Below are positions 53,601 to 62,464 of a stretch of DNA of 64,000 nt, in pieces. The notes beneath the pieces are model-generated. The model was not told where the DNA came from and ran no database searches. It saw nothing but the letters and a program-made list of their open reading frames with translations. A program made the translations under genes and the position numbers. Source of the DNA: an uncultured Chloroflexia bacterium (GTDB taxonomy: Bacteria; Chloroflexota; Anaerolineae; CG2-30-64-16); the NCBI GenBank assembly GCA_963810095.1, contig CAWEMM010000006.1, forward strand, positions 864,001-928,000, read 5' to 3'. Numbering within the stretch: the stretch's first letter is position 1; each line of letters begins with the position of its first letter.

Positions 53601-55880
53601 ATGTCTCGTTACATCGCCACTCGCGCGATCCGCGGCGCCAACCTGATCACGCAAGAAGCCGAGGCACTGCTCAACAAAGCCATCGCCGAGTATGGGTCTG
53701 ACAAGCCGGTGGCTTTTCCGAATACCGCCTACTACTTGCCGACGATCTTCGGCATGACCGGCCGCGAAGTCACCAAGCTGGGCGAGTTGCCCCCGGTGCT
53801 CGAGCACGCCAAGGATCTCCTGCACCCCGTGCCGACCGCCAACTGCTGGACGCCCTACCTGGGCGAGACCCTGGATTCGGGCATGGCGACGCTGCTCTCC
53901 GCGGAGATCATCGAGGCCATCCGTTTCATCTACGGCGAAGAGCCCGGCAGCCTGCCCGGGTTCCACATGGCCGGCGGCTCGTTCACCAGCCCCGATGGAT
54001 CCGTTTCGAACGGCAACGGGCGCTTGAACGGCCCCATTGACGACATCCAGCTGCGCGCCTGGGGCATCCAGCTCGTCGACGGCCGCATGCCCGGCTTCGC
54101 CGCCATCGTCGGCGCGGCGAAGAGCAATGAGGTCGCGGTCAAGATCGTGCGCGAGCTGCAGAAGCGCAACATCCTCATCTTCCTGTGCGGCAACACCAAC
54201 GGGCGCTCGATGATCCAGCAGCTGCAGGAAGAGGGCGTCGAGATGGGTTACGACACGTACATCGTGCCCTTCGGCAACGACACCCTCTCGGCCATCTACC
54301 CGATCGGTTTCGCCACCCGCTCGGCCTTGACGTTCGGCGGCATGAAGGGCGGTCAGGCGAAGGACATCCTGCTCTATAACCGCCAGCGCGTCTTCGCCTT
54401 CGTGCTCGCCCTGGGCGAGGTCGACGATCTGAAGTACGCCGCGGCCGCGGGCGCGATCAACTACGGTTTCCCCGTCATCGCCGACACTCGCATCCCGCAG
54501 ATCCTGCCGACCGGCGTGACCACCTACGAGCACGTCATCTCCATGCCTTTCAACGAGATTGAAGGCAAGGATGACCTCGAACGGGCGGAGAAGCTGGTCC
54601 AGAAATGCATCGAGACGCGCGGCGTCAAGATCAAGATGACCGAAGTCCCGATCCCGGTGCCCTACGGCTCGGCTTTCGAGGGCGAAGTCGTGCGCAAGAA
54701 AGACATGCGCGTCGAGTTCGGCGGCAAATACAGCCGGGCGTTCGAGTACCTGCGCATGGTTGACATGGACCAGGTGGAAGACGGCAAGATCGAGGTGATC
54801 GGGCCGAGCTTCGAGGACCTGCCGGAAGGTGCGTCGATCGACATGGGCATCCTGGTCGAAGTGGCCGGCCGCAAGATGCAAAAGGACTTTGAGCCGGTGC
54901 TCGAGCGCCAGATTCACTACTTCGTCAACGGCGCGAGCGGCATCCAGCACATCGGCCAGCGTGACATCACGTGGATCCGCATCGGCACGGCTGCGGCGAG
55001 CAAGGGCTTCGCCTTGAAGCACTTCGGCGACATCCTGCACGCTCGCTTCATGGCCGACTTCGGCGCGATCGTCGACAAGGTCCAGGTCAAGATCATCACC
55101 GACCCCGCGCTCCACGCCGAGTGGCTGCAGAACGCCCGCGATGCGTATGACTACCGCAACAATCGGCTGGCCGACATGACTGACGAGGCGGTGGACGAGT
55201 TCTACACCTGCACGCTTTGCCAGTCGTTCGCACCCACCCACTTGTGCCTGGTCAGCCCCCAGCGCCTGGGCCTGTGTGGTGCCTACAACTACCTGGACTG
55301 CGCGGCCTCCTACCAGATCAACCCGACCGGCCCCAACCAGCCGATCCGGAAGGGCACGACCCTCGACAAGACGAAGGGCATCTTCGTCGGTCTGAACGAG
55401 ATCGCCAAGCAGAAGTCGAACGGGACCGTCGAAGAAGTCTCGATGTACTCCATCATGAACGCACCGATGACGGCCTGCGGCTGCTTCGAATGCATCGTGA
55501 TGCTGATCCCCGAGGCCAACGGCGTGATGGTCGTCTCCCGCGAGGACACGAGCATGACCCCGGCCGGCATGACGTTCTCGACCCTGGCGGGCATGGCCGG
55601 CGGCGGCTTGCAGACACCTGGCGTCATGGGCGTGGGCAAGTACTACCTGACCAGCCCCAAGTTCATCTCGGCTGACGGCGGCTTCTCGCGCGTCGTCTGG
55701 ATGTCTTCGGTGCTCAAGCAGACCATGGCGGCCGAGCTGCAGGTTGTGGCCGAGCGCGAGGGCGATCCGGACCTGATCTCGAAGATCGCCGACGAGACGA
55801 TCTGCACGGACGTAGACGGGCTGCTGGCGCACCTGGAGTCGACTGCACATCCGGCGCTGATGCTGGACCCGATGTTCTAA
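53601..55880 (+). CDS. acsB: Acetyl-CoA synthase subunit of CODH/ACS
   Basis: FPNTAYYLP, CTLCQSFAPTHLC, RLGLCGA, PMTACGCFECI. Confidence 0.97.
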   Translation: MSRYIATRAIRGANLITQEAEALLNKAIAEYGSDKPVAFPNTAYYLPTIFGMTGREVTKLGELPPVLEHAKDLLHPVPTANCWTPYLGETLDSGMATLLSAEIIEAIRFIYGEEPGSLPGFHMAGGSFTSPDGSVSNGNGRLNGPIDDIQLRAWGIQLVDGRMPGFAAIVGAAKSNEVAVKIVRELQKRNILIFLCGNTNGRSMIQQLQEEGVEMGYDTYIVPFGNDTLSAIYPIGFATRSALTFGGMKGGQAKDILLYNRQRVFAFVLALGEVDDLKYAAAAGAINYGFPVIADTRIPQILPTGVTTYEHVISMPFNEIEGKDDLERAEKLVQKCIETRGVKIKMTEVPIPVPYGSAFEGEVVRKKDMRVEFGGKYSRAFEYLRMVDMDQVEDGKIEVIGPSFEDLPEGASIDMGILVEVAGRKMQKDFEPVLERQIHYFVNGASGIQHIGQRDITWIRIGTAAASKGFALKHFGDILHARFMADFGAIVDKVQVKIITDPALHAEWLQNARDAYDYRNNRLADMTDEAVDEFYTCTLCQSFAPTHLCLVSPQRLGLCGAYNYLDCAASYQINPTGPNQPIRKGTTLDKTKGIFVGLNEIAKQKSNGTVEEVSMYSIMNAPMTACGCFECIVMLIPEANGVMVVSREDTSMTPAGMTFSTLAGMAGGGLQTPGVMGVGKYYLTSPKFISADGGFSRVVWMSSVLKQTMAAELQVVAEREGDPDLISKIADETICTDVDGLLAHLESTAHPALMLDPMF

Positions 55881-55965
55881 AGATGAGCGCCTGGTGGGGC
55901 TGCCTGCGGGCAGCCCCACCAGGCGCCGGCCTTCAGGCCGGGTACAACACCGAAGACGACAGACA

Positions 55966-56451
55966 ATGAGTGAACCGCTTCTCGTGCGCGATGTGATGCG
56001 CATCGGCGTTCCTACCTGCAAGGTGGAGGACGCGATCGTGCCGCTGGCCCAGCAAATGCTGGACCAGGGATGGACGGCCGTCGTGGTGATGGACGACGAT
56101 GGGGACGCCCGCGGGTGGATTAACGAGCGCATGTTGGCCGTGGCGTACGCCTCCGGCGACCGCGCCGGCGAGTTGACGGCTGCCGACATTATGGACGAAG
56201 ATGTGCCTGAAGCTCCGGTCGACATCCCATTGACTGCCACCATCCAAATCATGGCGGACATGGGCGTCGACCATCTTTTCTTCATGCACAATGCCGGGGG
56301 CAAGAGCTGGCCGGCCTCCGTGCTGAACCTTCGGGACGTCGTGAAGGCACTCGCGGGGCCCGAATACATCAAGGCCCAAGGCATGCACGCCGCCCGTCCG
56401 ACACCCATGGACCTTTTCCGGCAGCGCTACAATCTGCCCAAGAAGGCGTGA
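55966..56451 (+). CDS. Stand-alone CBS-pair protein
   Basis: LVRDVM..GVPTC, VVVMD..G..RGWI, TAADIM. Confidence 0.8.
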   Translation: MSEPLLVRDVMRIGVPTCKVEDAIVPLAQQMLDQGWTAVVVMDDDGDARGWINERMLAVAYASGDRAGELTAADIMDEDVPEAPVDIPLTATIQIMADMGVDHLFFMHNAGGKSWPASVLNLRDVVKALAGPEYIKAQGMHAARPTPMDLFRQRYNLPKKA

Positions 56452-56488
56452 GCGTGCGGGCTTCGCCCGCACGGGTCGCGCAGGAACA

Positions 56489-56517
56489 TTAACATCCGGT
56501 TCGGCTCAGGGTATAAT
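56489..56517 (+). promoter_or_regulatory. Internal sigma70 promoter before fpr
   Basis: TTAACA, 17 nt, TATAAT. Confidence 0.7.
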
Positions 56518-56578
56518 TGCGTGGACGATCGTGTTATCCCCGTACATGCGATGGTGTGTCCGATGAAGGAGACTAGCC

Positions 56579-57394
56579 GTGCCCGAGCCCGCCCTTAATG
56601 CCGTAGTGGCCCTGCGAACAGAAATCTCACCCTGGTTGATTATCCTGCGCGTCGTCCCGGATGGATGGCAGCTTGCGCCTTTTAGTCCGGGCCAGTTCGC
56701 CGTGATCGGACTCCCCGGCTCGGCGGCTCGTTGCGCCATGTCAGAGCCGGAAGACCCGCCCTCCAACCCCGATAAATTGATTCGCCGGGCCTACTCCATC
56801 GCTTCCTCCTCCGTTACCCAGGAATACATGGAGTTTTACGTGGCGTTGGTCACGTCGGGCGCGCTAACCCCCCGGCTCTTCGCCCTCAGCATTGGCGACC
56901 GGCTCTGGCTGGGCCCCAAGATCACCGGCATGTTTACTTTCGACCAGGTGCCTGAAGATCAGAACGTGGTCATGATCGCGACGGGGACGGGGCTCGCGCC
57001 CTACATGAGCATGCTGACGACGCACCTGATCTGCGGCGGGCCGCGGCGGTTCGCCGTCTTGCACGGCGCACGGCATTCATGGGACCTGGGCTATCGCTCT
57101 GAGCTACTTACGCTGCAGCATCTCTGCAAGAACTTCAGTTACAGCCCGGTCATCAGCCGGCCGCAGAGCGAACCTGTGCCCTGGCAGGGCGCAGGGGGTT
57201 ACGTCCAGGATCTGTGGAAGAACGGAGTTATCGCGCACCGCTGGGGGCTGACGCCCACGCCCGACAACACGCACATTTTCCTCTGCGGCAGCCCGCAGAT
57301 GATCGACGATACCGTCGCCTTGTTACAGAACGAAGGCTATAAAGAACATACAAAGAAAGAGCCCGGCCAGATTCACGTCGAACGGTACTGGTAG
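56579..57394 (+). CDS. fpr: Ferredoxin(flavodoxin)-NADP+ reductase, bacterial Fpr type
   Basis: RRAYSIAS, GALTPRL, ATGTGLAPY, FLCGSPQM, C-terminal ERYW. Confidence 0.9.
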   Translation: MPEPALNAVVALRTEISPWLIILRVVPDGWQLAPFSPGQFAVIGLPGSAARCAMSEPEDPPSNPDKLIRRAYSIASSSVTQEYMEFYVALVTSGALTPRLFALSIGDRLWLGPKITGMFTFDQVPEDQNVVMIATGTGLAPYMSMLTTHLICGGPRRFAVLHGARHSWDLGYRSELLTLQHLCKNFSYSPVISRPQSEPVPWQGAGGYVQDLWKNGVIAHRWGLTPTPDNTHIFLCGSPQMIDDTVALLQNEGYKEHTKKEPGQIHVERYW

Positions 57395-57453
57395 GGACCC
57401 AAGTACACCCGTAGGGGCGGCTGCGAGTCGCCCCACATTAGGAGGTATGAATC

Positions 57454-58423
57454 ATGCCCGTAACGGTGGAAACTCCTGTCGAAAAATGGGCTGGCACGAT
57501 CCGGCCGGTGGCCGTGGGCGCAACGGCCGGCGAGGGCGGCACCCGAGACAAGGTGGCGAGCCTCGGCGGCGAGACAACGCTGCCCTTCCTTGGCTTTGAG
57601 GGCCAAAACCCAAATCCCCCGCGTCGTGGCGGTCGAAGTCTGGAACCGCAATCCGGGCGAGGAATGGTCCGCAGCACTGACGCAGGCCTGGGGTGAGGTC
57701 CTCAACGACCCGGCGCTTTGGGCTCGCCAGGCCGAGTCGGCGGGCGCGGATGTCATCTGCTTGCGCTTCTTCACGACCGATGCGACGGGCGCACGTATCA
57801 CCGCACAAGCCGCGCGCGCCACCCTGCGCTGCGTCCTCGAAGCTACCAAGCTCCCCTTGATCGTGCTCGGGCCCGGCCAGGCCGAGCTGGATAACGAGGT
57901 GCTGGTCGCGTGCGCCGAAGAAGGCGCGGGCGAGAAGCTGCTGCTGGGTCCATGCGAAGACAAGAACTACCGCACGATCGTCGCAGCCGCCATGGCCAAC
58001 GGCCACCTGGTCACCGCTAAGACCCCGATGGACGTCAACCTCGCCAAGCAGCTCAACATCCTGATCCACGACATGGGCATGCCCATGGAGCGCATCATCA
58101 TCGACCCGACCACCGGCTCGCTCGGATACGGCATCGAGTACGGCTACAGCGTCATGGAACGTCTCCGCCTGGCCGCACTCCAGGGCGATGGCATGACCCA
58201 GCAACCCATGCTGGTGACTCCCGGTGAAGAGGCCTGGCGCGCGAAAGAAGCCCGCACGGGTGAAGGCGTGCCCGCAGCCTGGGGCGACTGGCAGACGCGT
58301 GCGGTCAACTGGGAGACCATGACTGCCGGCGCTTTGGTCGAATCGGGTGCAGATATCGTGGTGCTGCGGCACCCTGAGACGGTGCGGCGGATCAAACAGC
58401 TTGTTGCCGCCCTTGCAGCTTAA
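57454..58423 (+). CDS. acsD: Corrinoid Fe-S protein small subunit; frameshift at C-run 57616-57620
   Basis: LGGETTLPF, DVNLAKQLN, DPTTGSLGYGIEY, MERLRLAALQGD, LRHP. Confidence 0.93.
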
Positions 58424-58474
58424 CACGCTGCAAAGCAGCGTCGCGCTGCGTAGCAGCGTTAGGAGGAATACAAG

Positions 58475-59849
58475 ATGGCCCTGAGTGGTCTCGAGATTTA
58501 CAAGCTGCTCCCCGGCAGCAGCAAGGACCCCGCCGAGAAGGCGCACGGCAACTGCAAGGAGTGCGGTTTCCCCACGTGTCTCGCCTTCGCCATGAAACTG
58601 GCCGCCAAGCAGGCCGACCTGAGCTTGTGCAAGTATGTGAGTGAGGACGCCAAAGCCAAGCTCTCGGCAGCTGCCGCGCCGCCCATCCGCTTGATCACGC
58701 TGGCCGCCGATGGCCGCGAGGTGAAGGCCGGCAACGAGACCGTACTCTTCCGGCATGAGAAGACGTTCTACAACCCGACGGGCATATTCGTGCGGGTGCA
58801 GGACACCATGAGCGCGGCCGAGATCACTGCGCTCGTCCAGGCCGTCGCAGACTACAAGGTCGACTACGTGGGCATGTCGCTCCACCTTGACGGGGTCGCG
58901 GTCGAGTGTGCGTCGGGCGACCCGGCCACCTTCGGCCTGGCCGTTGGCACCGTCGCCTCAGCCGCGGTCTGTCCCCGTCATCCTCGTGAGCGAGGAGCCG
59001 AAGGTGCTGGAGGCCGGCGCAGCCAAGTTGAGCGGATCCAAGCCGCTGCTGTGCGCGGCGACCGCGGCGAACTGGGAAGCTGTGGCCGGCGTAGCCAAGG
59101 CTGCCAAGGCCCCGCTCGTCGTGCGCGCCGAGACGTTGGACGGCCTGGCCGAACTCACCGAAAAGCTGGTCGCGGCGGGTGTGGAAGACCTCGTGCTTGA
59201 TCCGGGGGTACGCCAGTTCGGCGCGTCTCTGCAGGCGTTGACGCAACTGCGCCGCCTCGCCCTCAAGAAGAACTTCCGACCGCTGGGCTACCCGGTCATC
59301 GCCTTCCCCTACCTGGGGACCGTGGAACCGGGAATGGAAATGCTGCTGGCCGGCCAGCAGATTGCCAAGTACGCGGGCTTCGTGGTGCTGAGCCGCTTCG
59401 ACCCGGCCGAGGTCTACCCGCTGCTGGTCCTGCGCGCCAACCTCTTCACCGACCCGCAGAAGCCCATCCAGGTCGAGCCGGGCATCTACGAGATCAACAA
59501 GCCGACCGCCGATTCGCCCGTGCTCGTCACCACGAACTTCTCCATCACCTACTTCGCGGTGGCGAACGAGATGGAGTCGAGCGGCATGCCGGCCTGGCTC
59601 ATCGTGGCCGATGCGGAAGGCATGAGCGTGCTCACAGCCTGGGCCGCCGGCAAGTTCGACGCCGAGAAGATCGGCAAGAGCGTCAAGAACACGGGCGTGG
59701 CCGAGAAGGTCAACCATCGCAAGGTGGTGATCCCGGGCCACGTGGCCGTGCTGATGGGTGAGCTGGAAGAAGAGCTCCCCGGCTGGCAGATCAAGGTCGG
59801 CCCGCGCGAGGCCGTCGACCTGCCGCGATTCCTGAAGACCGCCTGGTAA
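58475..59849 (+). CDS. acsC: Corrinoid Fe-S protein large subunit; frameshift near 58967
   Basis: NCKECGFPTCLAFAM, LFRHEKTF, FTDPQKP, TTNFSITY, SVLTAWAAGKF, VGPREA. Confidence 0.95.
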
Positions 59850-59860
59850 GATCGACCATC

Positions 59861-59907
59861 GCGGCGAGACAGGCAGCCAGATGCGACTTGGCCGCCTGTC
59901 TCGCCGC
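59861..59907 (+). terminator. Long hairpin after acsC
   Basis: GCGGCGAGACAGGC...GCCTGTCTCGCCGC; no U-tract. Confidence 0.55.
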
Positions 59908-59922
59908 ATAAACTAGATCGTT

Positions 59923-59983
59923 CGTGCTTTTAATCTCAAATCTGATTAGCGTCATGGTCTTTTTGCGCGCCCGGTGCTAAGCT
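59923..59983 (+). promoter_or_regulatory. Candidate nfnAB promoter sharing the P2 architecture
   Basis: CGTGC-TTTTAA-TCTCA at 59923-59938; CTGATTAGCGTCAT at 59942-59955; TGC-TAAGCT extended -10 at 59975-59983. Confidence 0.6.
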
Positions 59984-60041
59984 GTGCTTATGCTCGGCAT
60001 GCCGAGCGTTAAGCCGCACTCATTCGAAGAGAGAAGCTGTG

Positions 60042-60959
60042 ATGTACAAAATCCTCGAAAAGCAAGTCCTGAGCGACGTCACCAAGCTCGTCGTGGTGGC
60101 CGCTCCGCACGTGGCGCGCAAGGCGAAAGCCGGCCAATTTGTCATCGTCATCGTGGACGAGCAAGGCGAACGCATCCCCCTCACCATCGCAGACAGCGAC
60201 GCCCAGGCCGGAACCATTACTTTGATCTTCCAGGAAGTCGGGAAGTCGACCCTGCAGATGGGCTTGCTGGAAGTAGGCGACGCTTTCCATTCGATCGCCG
60301 GCCCGCTCGGCCACCCCACCGAGATCGAAAACTACGGCACCGTGGTGTGCGTGGCGGGCGGCGTAGGCATCGCGCCCATGTATCCGATCGCGCGCGACCT
60401 GCACAAGGCCGGCAACCGCGTCATCTCCATTATCGGAGCCCGCTCACAGGACCTCCTCTTTTGGGAGGACAAGATGCGGGCCGTGTCCGCCGAGGTGATC
60501 GTCTGCACTGACGATGGCTCATATGGCCGCAAGGCGCTCGTGACACAGCCGCTGAAAGAGCTGCTGGAATCAGGAACCCCGGTCGTCAAGGTCTGGGCGA
60601 TCGGCCCGACGGTCATGATGAAGTTCGTCTCGCTGACCACCCAACCTTTCGGCGTGGAGACTATCGTCAGCTTGAACACGATCATGATCGACGGCACGGG
60701 CATGTGCGGCGGCTGTCGCGTCGCCATGACTGACGGCGCCAAATTCGTCTGCGTCGATGGCCCTGAGTTCAATGGCCACCTGGTCGACTGGAACAACCTC
60801 CTTTCCCGGGTGCAGTTCTACCGCGACGAAGAGAAGGCGGCGATCGAGCACTGGCAGGAAGCAAAGAAAGCACATGAGTGCAACCTCGACGTGGCTGCAG
60901 ACAAGGCGCTGGCGGAAGCCGCATCGGCGCAGGCAGCAGTGACGGAGGGCGAACGATGA
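60042..60959 (+). CDS. nfnA: Electron-bifurcating transhydrogenase small subunit NfnA
   Basis: GERIPLTIAD, GPLGHP, GGVGIAP, IMIDGTGMCGGCRV, CVDGPEF. Confidence 0.9.
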   Translation: MYKILEKQVLSDVTKLVVVAAPHVARKAKAGQFVIVIVDEQGERIPLTIADSDAQAGTITLIFQEVGKSTLQMGLLEVGDAFHSIAGPLGHPTEIENYGTVVCVAGGVGIAPMYPIARDLHKAGNRVISIIGARSQDLLFWEDKMRAVSAEVIVCTDDGSYGRKALVTQPLKELLESGTPVVKVWAIGPTVMMKFVSLTTQPFGVETIVSLNTIMIDGTGMCGGCRVAMTDGAKFVCVDGPEFNGHLVDWNNLLSRVQFYRDEEKAAIEHWQEAKKAHECNLDVAADKALAEAASAQAAVTEGER

Positions 60960-62416
60960 CGCTGCTAACGAACAAAGAACGCATGCAGATTAAGCGGCAG
61001 GATATGCCGACCCAGGACGCAGAGGTGCGCCAGGCGAACTTCGAAGAAGTTGCGCTGGGCTTGACGTGGGAAATGGCCCAACTGGAATCGGACCGCTGCC
61101 TCCAGTGCGCCAAGCCGCACTGCGTCGACGGCTGCCCCGTGGGCGTCCAGATCCCGCAGTTCATCAAGGCGCTGCGCGAGGGCGACTTCCTCGGCGCAGT
61201 CGAGGCGATGAAGGTCAAGAACAACCTGCCCGCCATCTGCGGCCGCGTCTGCCCCCAGGAATCACAATGCGAGGCGTACTGTATCCTCGGCAAGAAGGGC
61301 CAGCCGGTCGCCATCGGCCGGCTCGAGCGCTACGTGGGCGACTACGCGCTGCGCGAGAACGCCTGCCCGCCCGTCGCCGCACCCCCAACCGGACGCAAGG
61401 TGGCAGTCGTCGGATCGGGCCCCGCGGGCCTGACCTGCGCGGTCGACCTAGCCAAGCTGGGCCACAAGGTCACCATTTTCGAGTCGCTGCACCTGCCGGG
61501 CGGCGTGCTGATCTACGGCATCCCCGAATTCCGGTTACCCAAGAGCATCATCAACCAGGAAATCCGGACCGCCGTCGACTGGCTGGGCATCGAGCTGCGC
61601 ACCGACCACGTCATCGGCAACACCTACACGCTCGACGAACTGCTGCAGGAGTTCGACGCGATCTTCCTGGGCACGGGCGCGGGCCTGCCTTCTTTCATGC
61701 GCATCCCCGGCATCAATCTGAACGGGGTCATGTCGGCCAACGAGTTCCTGACCCGCGTCAACTTGATGAAGGGCTACAAGTTCCCGGACTACGACACGCC
61801 CGTCAAGACCGGCCGTCACGTGGCCGTGGTCGGCGCGGGCAATGTCGCAATGGACGCGGCACGCAGCGCCCGGCGCCTGCAGATGCTGTACGCGCCGGCC
61901 AACTCCAACGGCTCGGGTCATGGCGAGGTCCATCTCGTCTACCGCCGGTCGCGTGCCGAAGTGCCCGCCCGTGAGGAAGAGTTCCACCATGCCGTGGAAG
62001 AGGGCGTTATCTGCGACTTCCTCACCAATCCGGTCGAGATCATGGGCGACGAGAGGGGCAATGTCGTTGCCATGCGCTGCATCCGCATGGAACTGGGCGA
62101 GCCCGACGCTTCGGGGCGGCGCTCGCCGATCCCTATCGAAGGCTCCGAGTTCGTGATGCCGGTAGACACCGTCATCTTTGCGCTGGGCACCAGCCCCAAC
62201 CCGATCGTCTTCACCGACGCCCAGGGACTGCAGCGCACCAGGCATGGCACCGTCGTCGCCGACGCCGAAACAGGCCGGACCAAGCTCGCAGGCGTGTGGG
62301 CGGGCGGCGACGTGGTCACCGGCGCCGCAACGGTAATCAGCGCCATGGGCGCGGGCAAGCGTGCGGCGGCCGACATGCACACGTTCCTGTCCGACCCGTC
62401 ATTTGACGTGGGCTGA
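60956..62416 (+). CDS. nfnB: Electron-bifurcating transhydrogenase large subunit NfnB (GltD-like)
   Basis: RCLQC..PHCVDGCP, CGRVCPQESQCE, GSGPAGL, YGIPEFRLPK; ATGA overlap with nfnA; no gltB alongside. Confidence 0.9.
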   Translation: MTLLTNKERMQIKRQDMPTQDAEVRQANFEEVALGLTWEMAQLESDRCLQCAKPHCVDGCPVGVQIPQFIKALREGDFLGAVEAMKVKNNLPAICGRVCPQESQCEAYCILGKKGQPVAIGRLERYVGDYALRENACPPVAAPPTGRKVAVVGSGPAGLTCAVDLAKLGHKVTIFESLHLPGGVLIYGIPEFRLPKSIINQEIRTAVDWLGIELRTDHVIGNTYTLDELLQEFDAIFLGTGAGLPSFMRIPGINLNGVMSANEFLTRVNLMKGYKFPDYDTPVKTGRHVAVVGAGNVAMDAARSARRLQMLYAPANSNGSGHGEVHLVYRRSRAEVPAREEEFHHAVEEGVICDFLTNPVEIMGDERGNVVAMRCIRMELGEPDASGRRSPIPIEGSEFVMPVDTVIFALGTSPNPIVFTDAQGLQRTRHGTVVADAETGRTKLAGVWAGGDVVTGAATVISAMGAGKRAAADMHTFLSDPSFDVG

Positions 62417-62464
62417 GCTTAGCGACCGGCGCACGGCAGAACAATACTTGACTTTGAATAGGCC

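Noticed and set aside
57616-58970. Programmed frameshifting in acsD and acsC
   Set aside because: No slippery heptamer, and the same kind of indel affects many unrelated genes.
60956-62416. Glutamate synthase small subunit gltD
   Set aside because: No gltB, and it is coupled to an NfnA-type gene, so NfnB fits better.
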